Assembly: GCF_018977255.1 (NCBI RefSeq)
Contig: NW_024704743.1
Location: 105,526,001-105,590,000 of the forward strand
DNA from: Callorhinchus milii
Lineage: Eukaryota
Direction of reading: 5' to 3'
DNA length: 64,000 nt
Made by a program: the position numbers and the translations under genes. Under the pieces are notes generated by a model, which worked only from the letters and a program-made list of their open reading frames with translations, searched no databases and was not told the origin of the DNA. Numbering within the stretch: the stretch's first letter is position 1; the number at the start of each line of letters is the position of its first letter. Of the stretch, positions 12,955-25,947 are shown in pieces.

Positions 12955-13270
12955 CAAGCCTTCAGGCACTTCACCCCTAGCCTCTGGAACCACCTATCCC
13001 TCTACCTCACCCCCTCTCTATCTGTCTCTAAATCCTACCTTTATCCGTACCTATGGTCACATCTCCTTCCCCCTTCACCCTTGTTCAGCGTCCAAGATTA
13101 CCGCTGTGAATCGCTTCAAGATGTTGTTCTACATAAATAATATAATAATAATCCTTGCATTTAATACAGCACCTATCACATTGTTGAGACATCTCAAAAC
13201 ACTTCACAAAATATATTGTAATGTGGATTGACTGTGTATTTTGTGGACGAAGGATGTCATATAAATGCAA
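12955..13270. mobile_element. Old L2 3' end (+) followed by SINE tail (-)
   Basis: ctctggaac...ctaaatcctaccttt...ggtcac L2 end; then aataatccttgcattt...cacaaaatatattgtaa. Confidence 0.55.
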
Positions 13271-15709
13271 GTTGTTACTGTTTTGGTTGAATAGTCATGT
13301 GAAAGAGATGCATACCAAAAAAATTAATTTTCTCCTGAACCATTCTTTACATAAGTTCTTTTTTAAGTACACATCATCAAATTATATATAAAATTGAGAG
13401 ATTTAATACATTCCACCCTCCATTTAAAATCCAGCCTTCTTACTTATTTATTCTTAGGTAATTTTACTTATAGTGCACTTAGGTCCATAAGAACAAAGTG
13501 CAGCCATAGACAAGAGAACAGATGCCACAAGAAATGGACCCTGATGGTTGCTAGGATGACAAAGATACAGAGAATTTTCACTGATGTGCTAACTGTAGAA
13601 CACAGCTTTCCCATGTAGGCTAACATTCATCACGATATATTTTTTAATAAAGTATAAGCATTTGGTGATGAATCACCCCCACTCTACCTGCCCCCATCCC
13701 CCCATCTCACCTCCTCCACCCACCACACCCTGCCTCAAATCCTCCCCACCCACCTTGCCCCCTCCTCTTCCCCTGCCTCTACCCCACCTCAGCTATTCAT
13801 TGAATTACCTTAATGTGGGACTGATTGTCCCTAGGCTACAATGTAGGCAGGTTCAGCTGCATATTGAATGAAAGTGTTTTTTTCCTTTTTGACATGACCT
13901 TGATGTTCACCCACTCTGATTTCGAGAGGACTCACTCAATTCTAAAGAAGAACAGTTCCTTTTATCTGATCAATGTCACCTTAGAAACTTGCACAGCCAT
14001 AATTTCAGTCAACAACCCAGTTGCATTGCAACTCAACAGAATCAGTGATCAAGCCTTTTCTCTTTAATCATCGGCTGGAAGCAATGATTAATCAATGCAG
14101 CCCATTCCTGTAGCACTTGATAAAGCTGCCCATTGAAAGACATGATTTGTCAGAAATAAACCATGCTCCACACAGATTTATCCATTACTCAAATAAAGTT
14201 AAAACAGTCACTTTCATATGTATTTCTACACATTTTAAATGTTAGAAAAATAAAATAATTCAGGAAGGTTGTTTTCTTAATTTTCTTTTTTAATAAGCTT
14301 GGCAATCGCACATTGAAAGCAGAAATATAAGAATCACTGACATCAGCATTAACTCAATTGTTCCGCTCGCAATTAAAATAATAAATTACCCTTACATTTG
14401 GTATAGAACATCTCATGTATGGAGGATATATGAGATGATGCTGACAAGCACAATAAATACTCCTTTACAGGATTTATTGTTTAGTGTAGTAATACTCTAT
14501 TTTGTATGCAAAACACTGCAGCAATTTGCACATAGCCATGTCTCCCAAACAGCCATAGTTTCTATCCCCAGTCCTCTACTTTCACAATCTATATGCTCCC
14601 TCTCAGGGACATTATCCATAGACTTGGAGATCACTTCCACATTAGATGAAAACAGACTGAAACTTGGCCATTTCAGAGCCTGTTGAAACAGTAAGCCCTG
14701 TAGCCAATACAATTCGCAAGAAAATAATCAATAAATTTAAAGAATTAATAAGTTATGGTATCGGCTGCAACAGCTACCTTGTCAATAGCCTTCTGAAGCA
14801 AGCAATTTTCCTTGTGTTGTGTTAGTAGAAATAAAATAACAAATGATTAAAAAAATCAAGGAGTAAAAATGCCAATAATATGCTCCTTTTCCACATAAAA
14901 TCACTGATATTGAAACAAGATGTAGTTAATTTTTTTATAATGGCCAGACCAAAGAAACAAACATATTCGGGTACAGTAATTGCTATATGCCACATTTTTA
15001 AAAAATCTGGCCATAAATAAGTTGCATTAATTGCAATTTTTACTGCTTTTTTGAGGCATAAGTTGTGCATTCTCCCACAAATCACATTCAAATCTGCGCT
15101 TACACCATATTAAAGATGGAATATGCATTTTAGAGTATATTCCATGAAGCATTTGGGAAGTCTTTCTGATGTGAATGACGCTCAAACAAATGTAATGGTT
15201 ATTATTATTAAATTGATAATACAATCATACAGTGTTTAAATCTGGGATCAAATGCATACTGGTCATCCATTCGCCATGATTATTTGTTACACATGAATTA
15301 AATAAATACATTAATTAATAATTTTCTAACCTCTGGACTAATCTTATTATAAACAATATTCTTAATTCATAAACAGTTCAAAGTTAATCAATAAAGAATA
15401 TTGTACTCATCTCCGCATATGATGAATCTTTATCTTTGTCCTCAGAAGAGGACAGAAGACATTAATGCCATTTCAGAAGAGAGCAGAACATGTGATGGTG
15501 CTGATGAAAGATTAGGGAGTACAGACACATCGTTCTGTAAAACAGATGTAGGTTCTCTACAGGCAGCCATTTCAGGCAGTAGTAGAACATTAGTTCTCAA
15601 ATAAACTTCTCAAAAGATTCCTTTGTTAGATCTTCACATCATTTTATAACCACGAATCCTTCAAATTACTCATTCATTTTGAAACCCTTTATAAACAATA
15701 ATAAACAAT

Positions 15710-15989
15710 GATCCAGGTGAAACGTTGGGCAAGCTTTCTTACACCACATGCCTCTTAGCAGTAAGTAAGAACCCGATTGTTAGTCGATTGGTGGATCGCT
15801 TTACCGGTATAATAATCCATTAAAGAAAAAAGTTTTAAAAAAATTAAGAATTTGGTCACTCAATCAACAACTATTTGTGAGACCCTGTTGTGTGCTATTG
15901 GCTGCCGCATTTCGGCCACAAATTATATTTACTTTACAGTATATTCTGTGAAGTGCTTTGAGACATCTTGAAGACGCAATAAGGTGCTA
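15710..15989 (+). mobile_element. SINE family A long form, tail interrupted by L2 (remainder at 17296-17325)
   Basis: Ends ...aaggtgcta; the missing tatcaaatgcaaggattattatt follows the L2. Confidence 0.8.
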
Positions 15990-17295
15990 CAACAATAACA
16001 AAATTACATTCATAGAGTGCCTTTCACATCGGGAGGACGTCCAAAGCACTGAACAGTCAGGTGTCGGGACCCGAGCATGGGGGAAGGGTGGGCAGAGAGG
16101 TGGGAGGGAGACCAAAGGCACGGTCGAAGAGAAGGGTCTTGAGACCGGCCTTGAAGGATGCAAGGGAGAAGGCGAGGCAAAGGGAGCATGGGATGGAGTT
16201 CCAGAGTGTGGGGGCAGAGAGGCTGAAAGCCCGGCCACCGATGGCAGGGCGAGTCGGGTGGGAGACATGGAGCAGATCGGAGCCTGCTTAACGGAGGGAG
16301 TGGGCAGGTTGGTAGGGAGTCAGCAGGTCAGAGAGGAAGGAGGGGGCAAGGCCATGGATAGCCTTGAAAGTGAGGACGAGGATCTTGAACTCGATCCTCC
16401 AGTGGAGTTGGGCGAGGGTGGGAGTGATGGGGTCATGTAGCCTGGTGCATAAGAGTATACCAGCTGCAGAGTTTTGGATGATCTGCAGCTTGTGAAGGGA
16501 AGAGTTGGGAAGGCTGATGAGGAGGGAGTTCCTGTAATCAAGCCTTGATGAAACGAATGCATGGGTGAGGGTTTCGACAGCCTGAGGGGTGAGGCAGTGG
16601 CGGAGTCTGGCAATGTTGCGGGGGTGGTGGTAGGCAGTGCCAGTCATGGCGCAGATGTGGGGGTGAAAGGACAGTCCCGGGTCAAACAAGACACCCAGGT
16701 TCCTGACTTAGCTTAGTTTAACTTGGTTGAGTGTGCAGCCGTGGAGGCTGATGCTGCCAGCTCTCGAGGTGCGGAAGCACTGGCATGAGCCAATCAAGAG
16801 GGCCTTGGTCTTGCTGATGTTGAGTTGGAGAAAGTTGTCCCGCATCCAGGACTTAATGTCGGACAGGCAGTCGGTCAGGACGCCAGTAGTTCTGAAGTTG
16901 AGGGTGGAGGCAGAGAGATAGAGTTGGGTGTCATCCGCATACATGTGGAAATTTACCCCATGTCTGCGGATGATGTCACCAAGGGGGAGCGTGTAGAGGT
17001 TGAAGAGGAGGGGACTGAGGACAGAGCCCTGAAGAACACCGCAGGAGATGGTGAGGGGGCTGGAGGAGAAGTTGTTTGCTGTGACGAAGTGGAGGTGGTG
17101 TGAAAGGTAGGACCTGAACCAGTCAAGGACAGAACCTTGAAGGTTGAGGTGGGAGGAGAGAGGTGATGGAGGTGGATTCAATGGTCCATGGTGTAAAAGG
17201 CATCGGAGAGGACGAGGAGGCAGAGGGAGCCCTGGTCGCACATGGTCAGGATGTCGTTTATGACCTTGGGCAGCATGGAAACCCGATTCGAGGGA
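15990..17295 (-). mobile_element. 5'-truncated L2 with RT domain
   Basis: [13 protein letters not shown]...[11 protein letters not shown]...[16 protein letters not shown], complete 3' tail. Confidence 0.92.
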
Positions 17296-18384
17296 TATAT
17301 CAAATGCAAGGATTATTATTATTATCTGAATCAGTCAGACAATTTCCATTCCCCAGCTTCACAATCTAACCAGTGGAACAACCATTGATTTATTTTGGAC
17401 AGAAATATATATAAGTCCAGGAAGCATTTATTCACAAAGTTGGTACTGAATGTGGAATGCTCTGGGATTAAAAGATTTGACAAGGTCTAATAAAGTGTTG
17501 GAACAGACTCGGGAATGGAAACCACCTCCTCTCCCTTGCAAGACGAGAGCTCTAACCAATATATTACAGAGATTGAAGGGATTGTGATCTGGGTGTTAGA
17601 TAATGGGGATGAAAACATGTTGTTTTGGTATAGATTTGTGAAGGATTTGTAAATACTTAATCCTGCCTGGGTGTGTGTCACGTTGACAGGTAGGAGCAAT
17701 CTTGCTCCACACATGTCGTAATGGAGTTCCCACAGTTCAGTCAACATATACAAAGGCTTTGAAATTTCTGTTGTGATCTTTTTCAGCCTCAATGTAAATG
17801 TGAGTATGCTATTCAATTTAAACTTAGCACATATCCAGAGGAAATAGGATTAAAAGAATAATTTTCAAATCTGATCTGTACACTGAGGCTGATATATTGA
17901 TTTGTCTCTTTCACCAGACTCTTGAGCTTGAATTGTTGATTTCAAGCTAGATACATCAAGGAAAATTGGATTGGTAGACTTGAAGGAATATTAGTTTACT
18001 GCTTTGTGAAATCCCATTAATGTGTATTGCCTAAGATATATATCCAGCATTTTGTTTTGTAACTGCATTGTTCTAAGTGAATGGTTTAGGTTTGCAATTA
18101 CATCTGTCATGCAGAAAATCAATTACATGTTTCAATTCTCTGTGAAGCCCATCCATAACATAAACACTGATATATAAGAGATGTATGCTAAAGAAAGCCC
18201 TTGATCCATTTGAGCTTGGTTTGATCACTGTGAACTCCCAAAAAGCATCTTAAATTTGATTTAATTTTGTTATATTTCTTTCTGCCTTTCCAAGCCTTTC
18301 TGGGTGTGATGGTGATTTTTATTTTTATTTGGGCTATTTAAATAAATTTAAGTATTTAAATTTTAAAAAAAGAAGATAATAATA

Positions 18385-18568
18385 ATGTGGTCACTCTATC
18401 CAAGACTGTTTGTGGGACACTGCTGTGCACAAATGGCTGCCGCATTTTGCCCACAAAATATAGTCAATTCACTTTACAGTACCTTCTGTGAAACACTTTG
18501 AGATGTCTCGAAGACGTGATAAGGTGCTAGGCGCTATATCAAATGCAAGTATTATGATAATTATTATT
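18385..18568 (+). mobile_element. SINE 3' half
   Basis: tgtttgtgggacactgctgtgcac...tatatcaaatgcaag. Confidence 0.75.
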
Positions 18569-19631
18569 TTATTTTGGGGAGGCACTTCTAACACTGAGTT
18601 AAAAAAAATGATGCTGCTTATAAGAATATAGATTGTGGATACAGTATTAAGGAATAATTTGATAAATCAACAAATATTTTAAGAAGCAGAATGAAGACGG
18701 AAATTCTTATGAAATGTGATGTTGAAGTGGTGGAAAAGATGAATGACTTTAATAATATATGACCGTTTTACAGGTCAGAAGATATAGATAGAAAGATATC
18801 CTTCACTTACAGAGGAAATTATTCAAAGAAATCATGGATGTGCCTCATGATCTTGCATTGGGAATTGGAGTGCTCTTGGAAAACAGCAGGCTCAAGCATT
18901 CCCTGAAAAACACCAGAGAGTGCACTATGACTGGGGTATTAAACAGCCAATACCTTGCTCAAGGGCAAGGTGAGAAAATAATACAGAGCAGATAAATACT
19001 GGCTAACTCAGCAAATGAACCAGTGCAGAAAAGATCTGAGCTTCTCAATCTGTGTAAAACAATTAATGCACTTCCAAATATTAATTACCACATGTTGTGT
19101 GCCCAGATAATGTATCCAACGTGATTTCAGATCTTTTTTAATCAACCTAAGCATGCCCTGGAAGTATTTTTCATATCCAATGATTCACCGGTTTGGATCA
19201 ATTACATCAAAAGGAAAACATTTTCACATCAAATATCCTCTTCACGGTAGCTGGTACAGAACCAAGTGCAAAAGCAAAAGCAAAGTTGATCAGAGCAAGA
19301 AAGCAACAGGAAATATCTGAACAGTTCCTAAGGCATTATAGTCTTTTAGGCATTATGGACCCTCAGGCAATGAGGTATTTGATTATTTAGCTTCTTATAT
19401 TGTACAGTCTTTCAGGAAGTCTCTCCCTGTCTATAGACTATTTATATTGATTCAATTGCCAATGATTGCTGCTCATAGCTGTTATTTCTGGAGATACTGT
19501 ACCTGTATAACCTCACTTGAAATCTGTTCTCCAATGGAGGTTTGCTCACATTAGGGTTCAAATATTAAATGGATGGAATAAGGCCGCCAATCATTATACA
19601 TTTAGACATTTATCATTTCCCCTGTATGATT

Positions 19632-20405
19632 ACAACAACAAAAAGAACAAAATTACATTTGTAAAGCGCCTTTTATGGGGAGCCAGTGGATCTGGGCGAA
19701 GTTGGGGGTGATGGGGTCACGGAGCCTGGTGCAGAAGAGGACACGAGCTGCAGAGTTCTGGATGATTTGCAGCTTGTGGAGGGAAGAGTTGGGGAGGCTG
19801 ACAAGGAGGGAGTTTCCATAGTCGAGCCTTGAGGTGAAGAATGCATGTATGAGGGTTTTGGTGGCCTGAGGGGTGAGGCAGTGACAGAGTCGGGGAATGT
19901 TGCGGTGGTGGGGGAAGACAGAGCAGGTCGTGGCACAGATATGGGGAAGAAAGGACAGTTGAGGGTCGAACAAGATGCCCAGGTTCCTAACTGGCTTGGT
20001 GAGGTGGAATGTGCAACCGTGGATGCCGATGCTGCCAGTGTCTAAGGTGCTGAGGCACTGGCACGAGCCAAACAAGAGGGCCTCAGTCTTGTTGACGTCC
20101 AGTTGTGGAAAGTTGTCCCTTGTCCAGAACTTGATGTCTGACAGGCAGTCTGTCAGGACGCCAGTAGTCCTGGAGTTGAGGGTGGAGGCAGAGAGATAGA
20201 GTTGGGTGTCATCCGCATAAATGTGGAAATTTACCCGATGTCTACGGATGATGTCACCAAGGGGGAGCATGTAGAGGGTGAAGAGGAGGGGTCCGAGGAC
20301 AGAGCCCTGAGGAACACCGCACGAGACGGTGTGGGGGCTGGAGGAGAAGCCGTTTGCAGAGATAAAGTGGAGGCGTTGTGAAAGATAGGACCTGAACCAG
20401 TCAAT
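19632..20405 (-). mobile_element. L2 RT fragment with deletion next to the tail
   Basis: 258-aa ORF: WFRSYLS...GVPQGSVLGPLLF...YADDTQLY...SRLDYGN...HWLPI, fused directly to the terminal aaaggcgctttacaaatgtaa. Confidence 0.92.
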
Positions 20406-21374
20406 GTGGAACAATCCTCCACATAACATTACCTATTCATTTAGTGTCTGTTTCTTGGGACATTGCAATGCACGTATTGGCTGTCATGTTTGCCTACAAA
20501 TACACAGATGCTAGACTTCACAGTCAATTCTCTGAATCGCTTTGAAACATCATAAAATAATGCATAATGTCAAATAGAAGGATTTTCTTTTCTCCAAAAT
20601 CTCTTACCTTGATGAGCACAAAGCATCAAGAAAAAATATGAACTGAAAGAAAAAAAGGTTTCATTTTCAATTATGTCTCTTTGATATCAGACAATAGGAA
20701 AATATGGATGACTTGAGAGTTTGCTTTTGAATTTCTCAGAGATTGAGAAAATTGGAGGAAGATTGGCTGAAAGGTCAATTATATTCAATATTCAGCCATT
20801 AGGAGCAATTTATAGTCATTCATGAACCCACATTATAGTAAGTAATAGGTTTCCTACAGTTCCCTTTCCCCATGCTGGAATAATATGAAAAAATGAGAAT
20901 CTTATACCATCTTTCATAATGAGACTTCAAAGATATAATCCAATTTAGTGCATGATTCTAAAGGCTTATTGGGATTTGACTGGAAAAGTGACCTAAGCAT
21001 GTCCCTTTGAACCTCAATTTCTCATTAGTATATCCAAATAAATTACTAATGCTGACTACTGTGAATCATCATCGACCTGTTTACTGTGAATCACCTTGCC
21101 TCTTAAAAAGTAACTTGGGTACGGAAAACCTAGGCAGCATCAGAAAATGTTGAGTTCTCTAAAGCTTCAAATCATTTTCTGCATTACTATGATAAAATAT
21201 TAATATCTATTAATATAAAGCCAACTTCTCAAATCTGACATGCATTACACCTCCAAGGCTGGGTTTCATTTTTCTAAGCTTCATATATTTAGAATTTCAA
21301 GACCCCATGAAAAAACAGATACATTTCATTAGGTTTGACTAAGAGAATGGATGCTGTTGGCTCCTCATACAGAA

Positions 21375-21830
21375 ATAATAATAATAATGCTTGCATTTGA
21401 CATAGTGCCTTATCACATCGTAAAGACATCTCAAAGTGCTTCACAGAATATACTGTAAAGTGGATTGTAAAGGAGGGAGTTTCCATAGTCGAGCCTTGTG
21501 GGGACGAATGTGTGTAAGAGAGTTTGAGCATTTTGTGGGCAAAATGCGACAGACAGTTTTGCGCACAGCAATGTCCCACAAACAGCCGTGGAGTCAAACC
21601 GCTAACTTTATTTGGGGGATTGTAAGACACCAGGACAAAACCCCTTCTTTTTTCGAATAGTGCCATGGAATCTTTAATGTCCACCTAAAGAGACAGACAG
21701 GACCTCGGTTTAATATGTCATCTGAAGGATAGCACCTCTGACAATGAAACGCACCCCCAACACTGCATTGGAGTGTCAAGTTAAACCACGTGATTCCAAG
21801 TCGTGACTTGAACCCACAACCTCTGACTAC
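21375..21830 (-). mobile_element. Deu-domain SINE (family B) with captured L2 fragment
   Basis: tagtgccatggaatctttaatgtccacct...ggacctcggtttaa core; cttgaacccacaac head. Confidence 0.8.
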
Positions 21831-22458
21831 GCCAGATTGAATATCTCAGGTTTATATAAATAATCCTTGCATTTGATACAGATTCCTTTTCACTTCACAG
21901 CATTTACTGTGAAGTATAGCAACTGTATATATTGTAGTCAAACACCTACCTTTGTTTTCAGAAACACTTGTCTTTCTGAACTAATTTACCGTGGCACCTT
22001 GACAATCTCATTGAGGTGTTTCATGAAGCATAAATCTTGCAGTTGTTACAGGGAGAAAAGGGGTTGATAACACAAGGTTGTGGTTGTTCCTGCTGGAATT
22101 GTCAGCTTTGGTTTACTTTATACGTGGGAAGTGAATAGATGAGAGAAATAATGTAAGGAAATTCATACTCATAAATTATTAATAGCCCAGGACTGCTTTC
22201 TGGTTTGTGAACATTTGTAGGTTTAAGAAGATGGATATCATTTACTTTCATTTGAATTGTGACTTGTCAGACATATATTGCAATTCACATTATGCATCAC
22301 TCCTGTTGGTGAGGGTTTTGTTAAACACAACTGATGATTGTACCTTTTCTCTCTTGTTTGTTCAGGGTTTTATTATTCAAAAATGGGATTCAAAGCTCTG
22401 ACATTGATATTGATTTGTGATGGATCTTTAGTCTTCAAGCTGCAAGGGAAAGCAGTCT

Positions 22459-22866
22459 AACAACAATATCAACAACAATAACAACAACAATAACTTGCAT
22501 TTATATAGCGCCTCTCACGCAGGGTAGCATCCCAAAGTGCTTGACAGTGGTGGAGCATGACGATAAGCCAGGGGGAGTGGGAGGTGACCTTAGGCACGGT
22601 CGAATAGGAAGGTCTTTACGCACGACTTGAAAATGGGGAAGGAAGGAGCAAGGCGGAGGGATAGAGGAAGAGTGTTCCAGAGTTTTGGAGCATAGTGGCT
22701 GAAAAAGTGGCCACCAATGGTGGAACAGAGGGCACGAGGGACTTGCAGAAGTTCGGAGCCAGTCGAGCAGAGGCAGTGGGTTGTTAGTTGGGGGGTAAGC
22801 AGGTCGGAGAGATAGGGAGGTGCCAGGGCATGAAGCAATTTGAAAACAAGTATGAGGATCTTGAAA
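22459..22866 (-). mobile_element. L2 3' end (more divergent subfamily)
   Basis: FKILILVFK..H.LAPPYLSDLL...FSHYAPKLWNTLP...FKS..KTFLF; (AAC)n tail. Confidence 0.85.
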
Positions 22867-23449
22867 GGGGAAGAACTTATTACTTTCTCATATTCATAAA
22901 TAAAATATGTATTGGTATTGTAATTATATATCACCCTTCCCACAGATTATGTCTCAGAGGATTTTACAGTAGTGGAAACAGACTCCGAGCAGGGTGAAGG
23001 GGAGAAGAAAGGTGTCCACAGGGAAGATTGAAGAGGTAGGTTTCAAGCCAGATAGAGAGGGTGCTTCAATAAAGTGCTTTAGAATATGGGTATTATTGGA
23101 CCTTATACATTAGTTTAAAAAATTACAAGATTCAATTTGGGATAAAGTACTCATGTAAGAGTGAGGTCAAATTTATTTCAAACATGGACTAACACTTGGA
23201 TTAAAATTAATTTGATATTTAGTTGTCTTCTGAAAGGGGACAAGCGCTCTGGGACACTCCGTCCAAAGGGTGCTATATAAATGCAAGTTGTTGTTGAGAT
23301 GATTGACATTTTCGTGAATTAAAGTGGAGATTTCTCCTTGTATAATATCAGATGTTTTTTCCACGTTACTTGTGATAAAGAAACAATCTTTTAAGTATTT
23401 AAGTCTTTTAATCTTTTAAGTATTTAAGTGTTTAAGTATTTTTAAACAA

Positions 23450-23897
23450 TTGGCTCCCTATCCTTCAGAGGATCCAGTTCAAGATCCTGGTCCTCATATA
23501 CAAAGCCCTCCATAGCCTCGCCCCACCCTACCTCTGCGACCTCCTAACCCCCTACCAATCCGCCCGTTCCCTCCGTTCAGCTGGCTCTGGCCTGCTCCAC
23601 GTCCCCCGACCCACCCGCCCCACCATTAGTGGGAGAGCCTTCAGCCACTCTGCCCCCAACCTCTGGAATTCCATCGCCCAGTTATTCCGCCTCGCCCCCT
23701 CCTTATCCTCCTTCAAGTCCCACCTCAAGACCCTCCTTTTCGACCATGGCATCGGTCACCCCCCTTCCCCTCGTCTCCCTTCTCCTCCCATGACCCCAGC
23801 TCGGGTCTGCAATGCTATACTCTGTCCAGCGCCTTGGGACGTTCTCCCGACGTGAAAGGCGCTCTACAAATGTAATCTTGTTGTTGTTGCTGTTGTT
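23450..23897 (+). mobile_element. L2 3' end
   Basis: tggctccctatccttcagaggatccagttcaag, as at 1565; complete stem-loop and (TTG)n tail. Confidence 0.9.
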
Positions 23898-24721
23898 TAA
23901 CCGTTCTCTCCAAATACAAAAATCAGGTTAGATCCTGATTAAAGCATAAATCAATTGAATTATACAATTGTCCTCTTAGGTCACTGAGAAATGTAGGGTA
24001 ATGTGAATTGAAGGCAGGAATTAACTGCAGCTCATTAGAAACACCATACGAAAAGAATGTCAATCAATAATGAGTTTTAAGGAGATCACCAGCACATGGA
24101 TAATTAAACGTAAAATAATACATAGATCTTATTGCACTGCTTGAGATACGGCATGTCAGATTGTTTACATGTGTATCTTACACTAATCTTCAAATGCACT
24201 CCCAAGATGTAAAGCCTGAAATATTAATTCATTGCCGTAATGTGCCTATGGGTTCACTCTGATGTACACATGATTAAAGCAAAGTGTTTGAATCTTCTTC
24301 AAAGTATTTTCAAGCATTTCATCTAAAACTGCAAATTATTCAAACTGGAAAGGCAGGCTATTGCTCAATCTTCACAGTGTGTTGGACTGACAGTGACAAT
24401 TGTAGCTCGTGAATAGCAAGCATTTAACCTTAGAAAAAAAGAACAATGGAATTTTAATGACATTTGGACCGCAGTTTAAAGATGCTCCTCATATATCATA
24501 GCTTCAAGGAATGACGATTATAAGCAGAGTTTAATGGTCCCAACATCCAAAGAGTCAATCAGGTCTCCTGATATAACCTATTTTGATCTATTATTTGGAC
24601 GAGAAAGAACAGTAATAATGGAGTCACAGGCCAGATGGTAGTATGCTTTAAAATTTGTGATCTTGAGTAATGTTTGGAGTGTCATATCCAACATCCATTT
24701 ACATCACCCTTGCTTTATTAC

Positions 24722-25115
24722 TGGTGTCCGCTGGCTCAGTTGATAGCAATCTCGCCTCTGAGTCAGAAGGTTGTGGATTCAAGCCCCACGTCCAAGACTT
24801 TGTACTTACAGTCTAGGCTGACACTCCAATGTGGTGCTAGGGATTGTTGGTTTCTTGTTAGATGAAAATGTTAAACTGAGGTTCAGGTGGACGTCATGGA
24901 TCCCCCTATTAGAAACAAGAAGAGAGTTTAATCTGGCCAATAATTCTCCAGATAAAAATTGGTCATTTACTTCACACTGTTGTGGGACATTGCTGTGCAC
25001 AAATTGGCTTCTGCATTCACCTCCTAAATACCACGCTTGATTGTAAATCCTTGTAAGCACTCTGAGATGTCCTACTGACATAAAAGGTGCTATATCAAAT
25101 GCAATGCTTTTATAT
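24722..25115 (+). mobile_element. Deu-domain SINE (family B), near full length
   Basis: TGGCTCAGTTGATAG (A box), GGATTCAAGCC (B box), core and L2-type tail. Confidence 0.8.
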
Positions 25116-25789
25116 TTTTGTTATCATATGGTTACTAACGTAAGTAAACAAAGCCTGTGAGCCTGAGAAGATAGGAATTCTTAAGTTACTTTTCTGAGTG
25201 CTGTAAAGATTTTAACTGAAGAGCCTTCTCCCCACCCTTCAGCCCTCATCACTATTCCTGTCACCACTCCCACAACCAGCACTCTTTGCCATTTCACTTC
25301 ACTAGGTCAGTACAGTTCTAACAAAAATCTCACCAGTGCAGACCAGACCCGATGTGAGATATTTGCTTTGTAATGTTTAACAGGACCTTAGAAAGCTCAG
25401 TTGCCCTGATAAAACTGACTTCAGCTTCTATAAAATGAAGTTTACTTTGGAACTTGAAATGGGAACATCTTGGGTTGAAGATGAAGCAAAAGTCAGCTGC
25501 AGATATTCTGCACTCATTTACACTTGAATTCTAGAAATAGTTAATAATAGTATCTTAGGGAATATTGCACCTAGAATGTTCAGTATTGGATTACATTCTG
25601 AATGCTTTGTGAATTAGTCCGAAGTAGTCCAATTTGAGTAAATTGTCCTTTCCCTTATTTCCCAAACTAACTTTACAATTATAGCATTTGTCAGATAATG
25701 GGACCTGAATTTGGCTCCCCCTCCCCCAACAATGTTTGTCTAACTTCATCCAAATTGGCAGATCTTCTCTTAACATCACACAGTAAATG

Positions 25790-25947
25790 CATGAGAACCA
25801 AATGTGTTTTAAAAAGTTTTAAATTGCTTAGATCAATGGGAAAGAGCAGGGGAGTAAGACTGGTTGGAGATCTCTTTCAAATAGCTGGCACAGGGACGAT
25901 AGGCCGAATGGTCTCCTTTTGTGTTTTAGGATTCTATGACTCTATGA
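25790..25947 (+). mobile_element. CR1 3' end
   Basis: ggccgaatggtctcctt...attctatgactctatga, the CR1 terminal hairpin and (ATTCTRTG)n. Confidence 0.75.

Noticed and set aside
13676..13790. Proline-rich ORF / C-rich tract
   Set aside because: Low-complexity sequence; possible G-quadruplex on the minus strand, but nothing supports a function.
15425..15555. Possible plus-strand exon after tttatctttgtcctcag (similar acceptor-like tract at ~37250-37288)
   Set aside because: Weak donors, no recognisable peptide and no partner exons.
15958..17369. Many overlapping 60-190 aa ORFs (also 753-1676, 7310-8006, 27003-28876, 42265-43270)
   Set aside because: Alternative or antisense frames of GC-rich decayed L2; no intact ORF2, so not autonomous.
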